Assembly: GCA_024640845.1 (NCBI GenBank) | Contig: JAHEEE010000003.1 | Location: forward strand, 26,257-90,256 | Origin: Myxococcales bacterium | Lineage (GTDB): Bacteria; Myxococcota_A; Polyangia; Polyangiales; Houyiibacteriaceae | Length of the DNA: 64,000 nucleotides | Direction: 5' to 3' | In this document: positions 51,305 through 59,765 of the stretch, piece by piece | Position numbering within the stretch: the first letter of the stretch is position 1 | Layout: each line of letters begins with the position of its first letter | Made by a program: the position numbers and the translations under genes | Notes under the pieces: generated by a model | What the model was told of the DNA's origin: nothing | The model's input: the letters and a program-made list of their open reading frames with translations, nothing else | Database searches by the model: none

Positions 51305-52408
51305 CTATTGCATCCTTTCGAAGTCGCCCGTCACGAGCCAGTCCGAACCGAATGTTCGAAGTTCGGTGCGCGCGAGGCGCCATGCCTTGTCGATCGACTC
51401 GACGCCGGTACCCGCCGCAAAGGAAAGCGCGCCAGCGTCGCCCACGATTCGCGGTGCGATGAATATGGCGGCGCGGTCCGCAAGCCCGAGATCGAGGAAC
51501 GTACCGTGTACGTGTGCGCCACCTTCCACCAAGAGCCTCACTACGTCCCGGCTTCCTAGAACTTCGAGAACCTCGGCGACATCGACGCCGCGTGCGTGGC
51601 GCGAAACGGGGATCAGCTCGGCGCCGGCACGTCGGAGCGCGTCTCGGCGCGACTGGTCAGCGTCTTCTGCATGAAAGAGCAGGACATCCGCGCCGGAGCC
51701 ATCTTTCGGTCCGAGCACCGCCGCATCCTCGGGGGTGCGAAGGTCAGCGTCCAGCACGGCCCGGATCGGATCGCGTCCAACCACGTGTCGCACGGTGAGC
51801 GAAGGGTCGTCCGCCAGCACGGTTCCGACACCTACCAGGATGGCATCCGCATCATCTCGAAGGCGATGTGCCTCTGTTCGGGCCTCTTCGCCGCTAATCC
51901 ACTTCGAGTCACCCGTGCGAGTGGCGATCTTTCCATCGAGTGTCACGGCCGCCTTCAAAGTGACGAACGGAAGGCCGGTCTCGATGTGTTTGGCGAAGTC
52001 GGCGACCAACGCAGCGCACTCCTCCTCCATCAGCCCGACTTCCACGTCGACGTCGCCGGTCTCGAGTCTAGAGATGGCGCCAGGGACGTGCGGGGCTGGG
52101 TCACGACAGCCAATCACAACACGCCTGACGCCCGCCTCGAGAATGGCTTCGGTGCATGGGCCGGTGCGACCCTGATGATTGCAGGGTTCCAAAGTGACGT
52201 ACAACGTCGCCCCTTCGGCGCCCGCCCCTGCGTTGCGAATTGCGTCGACTTCGGCGTGCGCGAATCCGGCCTTGGCGTGGTGACCGAGCGCAATGACCTC
52301 CCCTTCGCGGACGAGCGCGGCTCCGACGCGTGGGTTCGGGCTAGGCCGGCCGCGCTTGGCTTCGACGATCGCCTTGGCCATCACCTCGCGCTCGAAATCA
52401 GACCACAT
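51305..52408 (-). CDS. ribD: bifunctional riboflavin-biosynthesis deaminase/reductase RibD
   Basis: Zinc motifs HAEVDA and PCNHQGRTGPC. ATG 52408 lies 1 nt after the nrdR stop. The track ORF extends to 52489. Confidence 0.93.
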   Translation of the reverse strand: MWSDFEREVMAKAIVEAKRGRPSPNPRVGAALVREGEVIALGHHAKAGFAHAEVDAIRNAGAGAEGATLYVTLEPCNHQGRTGPCTEAILEAGVRRVVIGCRDPAPHVPGAISRLETGDVDVEVGLMEEECAALVADFAKHIETGLPFVTLKAAVTLDGKIATRTGDSKWISGEEARTEAHRLRDDADAILVGVGTVLADDPSLTVRHVVGRDPIRAVLDADLRTPEDAAVLGPKDGSGADVLLFHAEDADQSRRDALRRAGAELIPVSRHARGVDVAEVLEVLGSRDVVRLLVEGGAHVHGTFLDLGLADRAAIFIAPRIVGDAGALSFAAGTGVESIDKAWRLARTELRTFGSDWLVTGDFERMQ

Positions 52409-52409
52409 G

Positions 52410-52859
52410 TCAATCCTTGAGCCTGCCGAGCTCCTCGAGGAACTCGCCCACATCTTGAAAGTCACGGTAGACGCTCGCGAAACGGACATATGCGACGGGG
52501 TCCAAGTCGCGAAGCTCGTGGAGCACGTGCTCGCCGAGGCGTGCTGACGAGACCTCCTGTTCCCCGGTGTCCACCATCCAGCGCTCGACCTGATGCAGGA
52601 AGCGTTCGAGGGCCTCGGCCGAAACGGGGCGCTTCACGCACGCGCGACGAAGACCGGCCAGGAGCTTATCCCGGTCGTATGGCTGGCGCCGTCCGTCGTT
52701 CTTCACGATGAGCGGCAGGGTTTGTTCAACCCGCTCGTAGGTCGTATAGCGCCTACCGCAGTGCTCGCACTCGCGGCGTCGCCGAGTGACCTCGCCGGCT
52801 TGAGAAAGGCGCGAGTCGATCACGCGGTTTTCCAGTGTTCCACAGTAGGGACAACGCAT
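52410..52859 (-). CDS. nrdR: transcriptional repressor NrdR
   Basis: MRCPYCG...CEHCGRRYTTYERVE zinc ribbon plus an ATP-cone. ATG 52859 is preferred over 52898. Confidence 0.94.
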   Translation of the reverse strand: MRCPYCGTLENRVIDSRLSQAGEVTRRRRECEHCGRRYTTYERVEQTLPLIVKNDGRRQPYDRDKLLAGLRRACVKRPVSAEALERFLHQVERWMVDTGEQEVSSARLGEHVLHELRDLDPVAYVRFASVYRDFQDVGEFLEELGRLKD

Positions 52860-52911
52860 TGGTCCGCAGAAGCTAGCGCTGGCAGCAACGCGCGGCAATG
52901 AGAGCGATAGC

Positions 52912-54135
52912 TTACGCGCGCACCAGCCGGACCAACGATTCCAGGTGTGCAGTTTGTGGAAACATGTCGAAACCGATCATGCGATCGATCCGGTAGCCCC
53001 TACCGGTCGCGATCCGCAGATCGCGCGAGAGGGTCGCGGTGTCGCACGAGACGTAAACGATCCGCTTAGGCCCGGGCCAGAGCTCATCGCGCTCGAAGAG
53101 AGCCCGCGCTCCTTGGCGCGGAGGATCGAGCACCACGACGTCGTATCTGCCTTTTGGCGGCTGGCTTGCATCGCCTGCGGTCACGCGTGCGCGAAGCCCC
53201 CTGCCTTCGAGCGTCGCCTGACAAATCTCGACCGCGCGTGGATCCTGTTCGACGGCGACCAAGGCAGAAGGCGAGCGCGAGGCGAGCGCGAGGGTGAAGT
53301 TCCCGATGCCAGAGTAAAGCTCGAGCACGCGCAGCCCCTCCGGGGCCGCGAGCTCGGCGACGGTTCGCACTAGCGTATCGTTGATTCCGGCGTTCGCCTG
53401 GGAGAACAAAACGACGTGCTCGTCTCCCCACGTGGCAGGCGCGCCACCGTCGGCCGTGCGAAGACTTACTCCCGCAATCGAAGGATCCGCGCTGAGCGCT
53501 CCGCACGCGTCGAACAACGCGGGCGTCGGGTCGGCGCCTGTGATCAGCGCAGCGACGACGCGACGACCGGAGCCAAGCTGGAGCTGGATCTCGCCCGAGC
53601 CCGCGAGGGCGTCCGTGAGGCGCGTGCGGACGGCCGTCCACGCGGCTCGCAGAGGCGGGACGAGCACGATACATTCATCGATGTCGTTGACGTGCTTGGA
53701 GTGCAGCGCGCGGTACCCGAGCGTGTTGCCATGCCAGGCGAAACGCGCGCGGCGTCGATACCCAAAGGCGTCTGGCGACGACACCCATCGAGGCTCGGTA
53801 TCCGCGGCGCCAGGAAGTCCGCGGCATGCGTCCCGGAGGAAGCCAAGCTTGATCTCACGCTGCGCGGCAGCGTCCGCGATCATCAACGGGCAACCGCCAC
53901 AGCGTGCCGCATGCGTGCACGGTGGGTCGACTCGGGCCTCGCTTGGACGCAGTACACGCTTCAATCGGCCGCGCGCCGCGCCTCGTTTCGAACGGGTCGG
54001 CTCGAGCTCAATGTGTTCCCCTGGCAGCGCCCCCGGCACCAACACGACACCCTCGCGTGTTTGCGTGATCGCGTCTCCGCCGCGGCCGATCGCTCGAACA
54101 TCCCCCTGCAGCGACCTAGGCAATGAAGCCGCCAC
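52912..54135 (-). CDS. 23S rRNA (uracil-5-)-methyltransferase RumA/RlmD-type, SAM-dependent
   Basis: Fe-S pattern C-x5-C-x2-C (CTHAARCGGC), SAM motifs LELYSGIGNFTLALA and VVVLDPPRQG, and YVSCDTATLSRDL. The start is one of GTG 54135, 54150 or 54153. The track N-terminus overlaps mnmA and is an artefact. Confidence 0.8.
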   Translation of the reverse strand: MAASLPRSLQGDVRAIGRGGDAITQTREGVVLVPGALPGEHIELEPTRSKRGAARGRLKRVLRPSEARVDPPCTHAARCGGCPLMIADAAAQREIKLGFLRDACRGLPGAADTEPRWVSSPDAFGYRRRARFAWHGNTLGYRALHSKHVNDIDECIVLVPPLRAAWTAVRTRLTDALAGSGEIQLQLGSGRRVVAALITGADPTPALFDACGALSADPSIAGVSLRTADGGAPATWGDEHVVLFSQANAGINDTLVRTVAELAAPEGLRVLELYSGIGNFTLALASRSPSALVAVEQDPRAVEICQATLEGRGLRARVTAGDASQPPKGRYDVVVLDPPRQGARALFERDELWPGPKRIVYVSCDTATLSRDLRIATGRGYRIDRMIGFDMFPQTAHLESLVRLVRA

Positions 54136-55168
54136 CGACGACCTCGTCACCACGGTACACAACCGCGGCCTGCCCGGGCGTAATCGCGCGCTGCGGCTCC
54201 TCGAATCGCACGTCGAAGCCGGTGCCGTTCGGGGTGATGTCTGCCCGTGCGCCGCGATGGCGGTAGCGGATGCGGACTTCGGCTTCGAACGGCTCCGCGG
54301 GTCTGCCGGCGATCCAGTGTGCATCCGTCGCCCGGAGTTGTGCGTCGTAGAGCTCGGACTCTTCGCCAACGACGACCTCTGCCCGATCGGGCAAGATCCG
54401 AAGAACGTACCGCGCGCCCCCGCCACCGAGACCGAGGCCGCGCCGTTGCCCGCGGGTGAAGTTGGCTACGCCCTCGTGTACGGCGAGCACCTCGCCGCGC
54501 GAGTCGACCATGTTTCCGGGCGTCGTGGGCGTCCCCTGGCGCTCGATGAAGTCGCCGATGCGCCCATCGGGCACGAAGCACAACTCTTGGGATTCGGGCT
54601 TGCTCGCATTGGGCACGCCGAGCCGACGTCCCGCTTCTCGGACCTCCGATTTCCTGAGCTCGCCTAAGGGGAAGACCAGCCGTTCGAGCGTCGACTGCGG
54701 CAAACCAAACAGGAAGTAGCTCTGATCCTTTTCGTCGTCGATCCCGCGAAGGAGCCGAAGGTGCCCATCGCCCGCACGCGCGAGGCGCGCGTAGTGACCG
54801 GTCGCGATATGGGTGGCATCGAAGCGCCGCGCCACGTCGGCAAGATAGGTGAGCTTCACGGTGCGGTTGCAGCTCACGCATGGAATTGGCGTCCGCCCTG
54901 CCTGATAGTCGGCGACGAACGGATCGACGACGTGTTTGCGAAAGGCCTCTCGCTCGTCGAGCACGTAGTGCGGGATCCCCAGGTGCTCGCAGGTTCGCCG
55001 CGCGTCGTCGCGGTCTTCGGGCGCACAGCAGCGTCCAACCTGCTGCGCGCCATCGGCGTCCCACAAGTGCAGCGTGACGCCGACGAGCTCATGACCGGTC
55101 TCGTGCAGCAATGCAGCAGCGACCGAGGAGTCCACGCCTCCACTCATTGCGACCAACACTCGCTTCAT
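54116..55168 (-). CDS. mnmA: tRNA 2-thiouridine(34) synthase MnmA
   Basis: PP-loop VAMSGGVDSSVAA. The start is ATG 55168 (MKRVLVAM), or 55177, or TTG 55198. Confidence 0.93.
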   Translation of the reverse strand: MKRVLVAMSGGVDSSVAAALLHETGHELVGVTLHLWDADGAQQVGRCCAPEDRDDARRTCEHLGIPHYVLDEREAFRKHVVDPFVADYQAGRTPIPCVSCNRTVKLTYLADVARRFDATHIATGHYARLARAGDGHLRLLRGIDDEKDQSYFLFGLPQSTLERLVFPLGELRKSEVREAGRRLGVPNASKPESQELCFVPDGRIGDFIERQGTPTTPGNMVDSRGEVLAVHEGVANFTRGQRRGLGLGGGGARYVLRILPDRAEVVVGEESELYDAQLRATDAHWIAGRPAEPFEAEVRIRYRHRGARADITPNGTGFDVRFEEPQRAITPGQAAVVYRGDEVVGGGFIA

Positions 55169-55198
55169 CTCAGTCATTCGATTCGAGCCACTGAACAA

Positions 55199-55353
55199 AT
55201 ATGCCGTGGTTCATTCCACTTAATAGAAAAGGAAGTTTGCCAAATTACAGGGTTCAAAAATCTATCAATTACAAATATTTATGGATAGAAAACAGAACTG
55301 CTTTGAAGGTTGTCGAAGCAGAGCTCAAATTTGCCTGAGGTTCTAACCCGCTT
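55199..55353. other. AT-rich intergenic island (about 34% G+C over 55201-55320 by hand count)
   Basis: It contrasts sharply with the flanks at roughly two-thirds G+C. It lies between the desulfurase stop and the mnmA start. Confidence 0.9.
55284..55321 (-). terminator. weak intrinsic-terminator-like hairpin after the cysteine desulfurase gene
   Basis: In the minus sense, CUGCUU-12 nt-AAGCAG is followed by UUCUGUUUUCUAUC. The stem is only 6 bp. Confidence 0.3.
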
Positions 55354-56466
55354 CTAGCTCTCTTTGCGGGCTAGCACACGCTGAAACGCGTGTAATGCCG
55401 TCTCGATATCGCTCGGGGATGTTTCGAAGCCTAGACTAATTCGAACCGCGGACCGAGCGCGCCACTGTTCATCCGGATACATGGCGCGGATCACGGCGGA
55501 GGGCTCGTGCAGGCCCGACGAGCAGGCCGCTCCCGTGGAGACACAGACCCCCTCGAGGTCGAGCGCCGCGACCAGCAGCGCTCCCTCCCATCCGTCCAGG
55601 CTGAGGTTCGAGGCTGTGCCCACGCGAGGTGCTTCCGCGGCGTTCGTTACGGCTCCAAGCTCGCTTAGGCTCGATTCGAGCCGGTCGCGGAGGGCTGCGA
55701 TGGCCGGCTGGGCCTCGACACGCCGCGCGACGAGGAGGCAGGCCGCGCCGAAGCCGACCATACTTGCGCTGTCGGGGGTGCCAGGCCGGCGGCCGCGTTC
55801 CTGGGAACCTCCGTCGAACACCGGCTCCACATCGAGGCCGCGGCGCACCCAACAGGCTCCCGCACCGGCGGGCCCTCCGACCTTCTGAGCTGCGACCGCC
55901 AGGGCATCCGCCCCCAGCGTTTCGACGTCGATCGGCAGCTTGCCGAGCGCTTGGGTGCCGTCGATGAACAGGCGTGCTCCGTGCGCGCGGCAGGCCCGTG
56001 CATAGGCCGCAACCGGAAAAATGGTCCCGGTCTCGTGGTTCACCCATTGAACGGCCACCGCTGTGTCCGAGTCGAGATGTGCGGCAAGGGCTTCCGCTGA
56101 CGGCGGCCGACCCCGGGGCACCGCGAGGATGACCGCTTCGGCCCCTTGTCGTTCGATTCGCTCGACGCTCTTCGCGACAGCGGGATGCTCGACAGCGGTC
56201 GACACGATTCGGCGACGCCCTGCGGAGACCGCTCGGATCCCGAGGTTGCAAGCTTCGGTGCCGCCGCCCGTCAGGACGAGGTCTGCCGGGCTCGCGCGCA
56301 AGACCTTGGCGACCGACTCTCTGGCCTCCTCGAGGAGCCGCCGAGAGGCCCGCCCCGCCGCGTGCGTGCTCGACGGGTTCGCCCAGGCGATAGCGGCCGC
56401 TTCCTGCATGGCTCGTCGGACGGCTTCCGGTGTCGGCGCCGCAGCGTGGTGGTCGAGGTAGATCAC
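55354..56466 (-). CDS. cysteine desulfurase (class V aminotransferase, NifS/IscS/YrvO-like)
   Basis: The protein starts IYLDHHAAAP, with PLP-lysine region AAQKVGGPAGAG and catalytic-Cys loop STGAACSSG. GTGA overlap with the upstream kinase gene. Confidence 0.88.
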   Translation of the reverse strand: MIYLDHHAAAPTPEAVRRAMQEAAAIAWANPSSTHAAGRASRRLLEEARESVAKVLRASPADLVLTGGGTEACNLGIRAVSAGRRRIVSTAVEHPAVAKSVERIERQGAEAVILAVPRGRPPSAEALAAHLDSDTAVAVQWVNHETGTIFPVAAYARACRAHGARLFIDGTQALGKLPIDVETLGADALAVAAQKVGGPAGAGACWVRRGLDVEPVFDGGSQERGRRPGTPDSASMVGFGAACLLVARRVEAQPAIAALRDRLESSLSELGAVTNAAEAPRVGTASNLSLDGWEGALLVAALDLEGVCVSTGAACSSGLHEPSAVIRAMYPDEQWRARSAVRISLGFETSPSDIETALHAFQRVLARKES

Positions 56467-57680
56467 TTGGCTTGCATCTCGGGACGTTCCGGCGAGCGGC
56501 TGACTCGGAGCTCGACGAGCGTGCCTGACAGCTGCCGCTCGGCTACTTCGCCGGCTGGCGGGCTCGAAATCTCGATGCCTCCCCCGAGCGCCTCGGTGAC
56601 TCGCCGCGCGAATGCGAGACCCAAGCCGACGCCTCCGTGGTCGCGGGTGACAGAGCCGTCGACTTGATAGAAGGGCTCCATGATGCGGGCGATGTGCTCG
56701 GGTCGAACGCCCGGACCGCTATCGGCGACCTCGAACGAGTACTCGGCGTCGCCTTCAGCGCGCACTTCGACCGCGACTTCTCCACCGGTCGGCGTGAACT
56801 TGCATGCGTTGTCGAGCACGTGCGTCATCGCGCGGAGCAGCTTGTCCGGATCGCCGAGCGCTGGCATCGGGTCGTCGGGAATCCGCTCGATGAGCGTCAC
56901 ATCGCGCTCGTCGAGCTTCGAACGGACTTCATCGATCGCCTTGGCAGATACAGCGCGGAAATCGTATTCGCGCGTGTAATAGTGCATGCGACCGGTCTCG
57001 AGCGAGCTCACGTCGAGCAGTGTGTCGACTACGGATCGGAGGCGCTGTGTGGAGGTTTCGATCGAACCGAGGCACTTGCGTTGTAGATCTGTGAGCGGGC
57101 CGAGCTCTTCGTTTAGCAAGAGGCGAAGGTAGCCCACCACGGGCGTCATCGGCGTGGCGAGCTCGTGGCTCACGTTCTGAAGGAACTCCCTTCGGAGCCG
57201 CGCGACGTCTTCGAGGCGCTGATTGGTTTCCGACAGCTCGACGATTTTTTTTTCGAGGCGGGCGACGATCTTCTGCGTTCGCTCGCGCAGCAGCTTGTCA
57301 CTGGCGCCTTCCGCCCACTCGCGGTGACCTCCCAGGAACTGGGCGATCGTATCGGCGAAATGCGCGGCGTCGATCGGTTTTGCGATGAATCCATCGCAGC
57401 CGACCGCCAGCGTCGAGTCCCGGTCGCCCTCCGCGGTTATCGCGACGATGGGGACTTCTTGCAGCGCGGGGATCCCGCGAAGACGCAGCGTTACCTCATA
57501 TCCGTCCAGGTCCGGAATGTTGATGTCGACCAACACGAGGTCTGGATGGCTGTCGCGGGCGAGCTGAATGCCTTCAACCCCGCCTTCGGCCTCGATGACC
57601 TCGTGACCGGCAGCCCCGAGCAGCTTCTGCACGAGGCGCCGATTGTTGGGGTCATCCTCGATGTGCAGGACCCTTGCCAT
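56463..57680 (-). CDS. hybrid response regulator / histidine kinase (REC-HisKA-HATPase, no TM or sensor domain)
   Basis: REC domain VLHIEDDPNNRRL...DLVLVDINIPDLDG, H-box SHELATPMTPVVGYL, N-box LDNACKF, and G-boxes ADSGPGV and GGVGLGLA. Confidence 0.9.
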   Translation of the reverse strand: MARVLHIEDDPNNRRLVQKLLGAAGHEVIEAEGGVEGIQLARDSHPDLVLVDINIPDLDGYEVTLRLRGIPALQEVPIVAITAEGDRDSTLAVGCDGFIAKPIDAAHFADTIAQFLGGHREWAEGASDKLLRERTQKIVARLEKKIVELSETNQRLEDVARLRREFLQNVSHELATPMTPVVGYLRLLLNEELGPLTDLQRKCLGSIETSTQRLRSVVDTLLDVSSLETGRMHYYTREYDFRAVSAKAIDEVRSKLDERDVTLIERIPDDPMPALGDPDKLLRAMTHVLDNACKFTPTGGEVAVEVRAEGDAEYSFEVADSGPGVRPEHIARIMEPFYQVDGSVTRDHGGVGLGLAFARRVTEALGGGIEISSPPAGEVAERQLSGTLVELRVSRSPERPEMQAK

Positions 57681-57744
57681 GGAGTAGCGATGCTATCAGT
57701 CTCTCGTCCTTGCCGCACGCGGTGAGCCTGGGTAGGAATCGGGT

Positions 57745-58971
57745 ATGTCAGGGCAATTGGTGGACCAGCTCGTCGAGGCAGGACTCGTCACGGAGGCCCA
57801 GGCGCGCGCGAGCGACCCTGGCGACCCACTGGTATCGACGAGCCGCGTGATTCAGAATTTGGTCGCGCACGGCCTCGACGAACGCATGCTGGCGGGGTTC
57901 TTCGTGACCAAGGGCTTTGGTCCGATGCTGCAAGCCCCAGAGCTTGCGCGCGCGGATCTCGAGCTTGCGCATCGCGTGTCTGCGGCCGACGCACACGATT
58001 TGTGCGCGATGCCATTGCGTCCAAGCGCTGCCGGCGCTGTCGTCGCAATGGCCGACCCCACCGACCGACGCGCGATCGAGAGACTCAGCTCGGCCCTCGG
58101 TGGTCGCATCTTGCCAACGGTGGCGAAGCTCTCGGACTTGCTCTCTGCGATCGATCGCGTCTATCCGCCCGACCGGCCGACGATAGTCAGCGACCCGGCC
58201 GCTGTAGCGCGCGCTCGCACCCCGAGTGGTGTGATGCCTTTGGTACAGGAAAGAACGGGCGACATGGCTCAAACGCTAGACGACTTCGCGCCACCCGCAT
58301 CCGGCTTCGCGTCGACGGCGAGTCCGGAATGGGATCGGGCATGGAGCCATTCGGCGACCGAGCGTGACGTCTCGCTCACGCCCAGGTCGAGCTATGTTCC
58401 TTTGCCTACCGTCCCGCCGCCGAGCGCTGTGCCGTCGGCACCAAGTCCCGTGGCTGCACAGGCCGAGGCGCGACCCTCGACCGAGCGACCGCCCATCGTC
58501 GCGGCGGCCGCAATCGATGCGCGCCTCGCTGAGCTCCGACAGGTCGACACACGGGACGACGCGGTTCGAGTGGCTTGTGAGGCGTGCTTGCTGGCGTCCC
58601 GAGGTGCGGCGTTTCTGGCGCTGCGCAAGGGCGTTTTTCGAGGATGGGATGGCGCCGGCGAGGGCGTGACGCGCGCGAGCATTCGAAGTCTCTGGGTGCC
58701 CGCGAGCAACCCGTCGATCCTCAACGAGGTTCTTCATACGGGGAAGGTATTTTACGGCGCCTACGGCCAGACCGCTGCAGACCACCTCTTTAGGGCGGCG
58801 TTTGGCAGCCATGGCAAGGATGTCATCATCGTTCCCGTCCTCATCGGCGCCCGTATGGTGGGAGTCCTCTGCGCGAACGAGCCCGCTGAGAACAGCATCG
58901 TCGAGCGGACCGCCGGGGCATTGGGCCAGGCCTTCGAAAGGCTCATCGTTTCGCAGAAGGCAGCGACTTAG
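57745..58971 (+). CDS. hypothetical protein: GspE/MshE N-terminal-like domain, Pro-rich linker, GAF-like C-terminal domain
   Basis: QLVDQLVEAGLVTEAQARAS and AMPLRPSAAGAVVAMADPTD resemble T2SSE_N. The C-terminal ~150 aa are GAF-like by eye. GGTAGGA lies 8 nt upstream of the ATG. Confidence 0.7.
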   Translation: MSGQLVDQLVEAGLVTEAQARASDPGDPLVSTSRVIQNLVAHGLDERMLAGFFVTKGFGPMLQAPELARADLELAHRVSAADAHDLCAMPLRPSAAGAVVAMADPTDRRAIERLSSALGGRILPTVAKLSDLLSAIDRVYPPDRPTIVSDPAAVARARTPSGVMPLVQERTGDMAQTLDDFAPPASGFASTASPEWDRAWSHSATERDVSLTPRSSYVPLPTVPPPSAVPSAPSPVAAQAEARPSTERPPIVAAAAIDARLAELRQVDTRDDAVRVACEACLLASRGAAFLALRKGVFRGWDGAGEGVTRASIRSLWVPASNPSILNEVLHTGKVFYGAYGQTAADHLFRAAFGSHGKDVIIVPVLIGARMVGVLCANEPAENSIVERTAGALGQAFERLIVSQKAAT

Positions 58972-59666
58972 TCGATGAATACGGCGGCTTGCGCAGAGCT
59001 GGCGTTCTTGGCGAGCCGAAGGAGCCTGCGGCGCTCCCTCAAGACCGACGAGGCGTATCCGTTCTGCTTGTCGCATCGACCGGAGTTGTACCAGGCCAGA
59101 CCTTTCTCTACGTTGCCGCCACATCGGCTCACCGCCCATTGATAGAGGCCCAGGCCCGCCTCGAGGACCTCGCGCTGGCAGGCGCCCGGTCGGCGGCTGC
59201 ACTGCTCGCGATAGCTCTCGTTGTAGACGAATGGCACGGTCTTGCCCCGATACTTCGGGTTGAGTTGCACCACGCCTCGCGCCCCGACCGGGCTCACGGC
59301 AAGCGGGTTTAGACCCGATTCACGCATGGCGATCGCAGCGGTGAGAAACGGGTCGATGCCCGCGCGGTTGCTTGCCTCAGTGATCAAACGCGACAGTGTT
59401 GCGATGCGGGAACGGCACCCACCTTCGACGATACGGCAGTGCTGTACGTGAATTGGCTCACCCGCTCGGCTCTCTCTGACGATCAAGCGCGCATCGACGG
59501 CGCGCGCCAAGGCCAGCGAAGTCGGATGATCACCCACGGCGGCGCGGTAGTCGATGACGTCCTCGGCCGCTGCGCGCACAGCATCGTTGAACGAGGGACC
59601 CGCTTCCGAATGCGAGTGCCAAGCGCTGACGACAACGACGCCGATGACCAATAGTGCGATTCGCAT
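58968..59666 (-). CDS. lytic transglycosylase (SLT domain), secreted
   Basis: Signal peptide MRIALLVIGVVVVSAW, and catalytic region AAIAMRESGLNPLAVSPVGARGVVQL. Confidence 0.88.
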   Translation of the reverse strand: MRIALLVIGVVVVSAWHSHSEAGPSFNDAVRAAAEDVIDYRAAVGDHPTSLALARAVDARLIVRESRAGEPIHVQHCRIVEGGCRSRIATLSRLITEASNRAGIDPFLTAAIAMRESGLNPLAVSPVGARGVVQLNPKYRGKTVPFVYNESYREQCSRRPGACQREVLEAGLGLYQWAVSRCGGNVEKGLAWYNSGRCDKQNGYASSVLRERRRLLRLAKNASSAQAAVFID

Positions 59667-59765
59667 GACCTACCCCTGATGAGCATCAAGAGGCTGAGAC
59701 GGTAGGTCATGCGCACACCTTGCGCCACCCCCCACGCCGAAGCTGTATCCGCTTTGCTACAGTGG

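Noticed and set aside
52405-52415. FMN (RFN) riboswitch expected ahead of the rib operon.
   Set aside because: The ribD start lies 1 nt after the nrdR stop, so there is no room for a leader. The nrdR-ribD arrangement is the common proteobacterial one.
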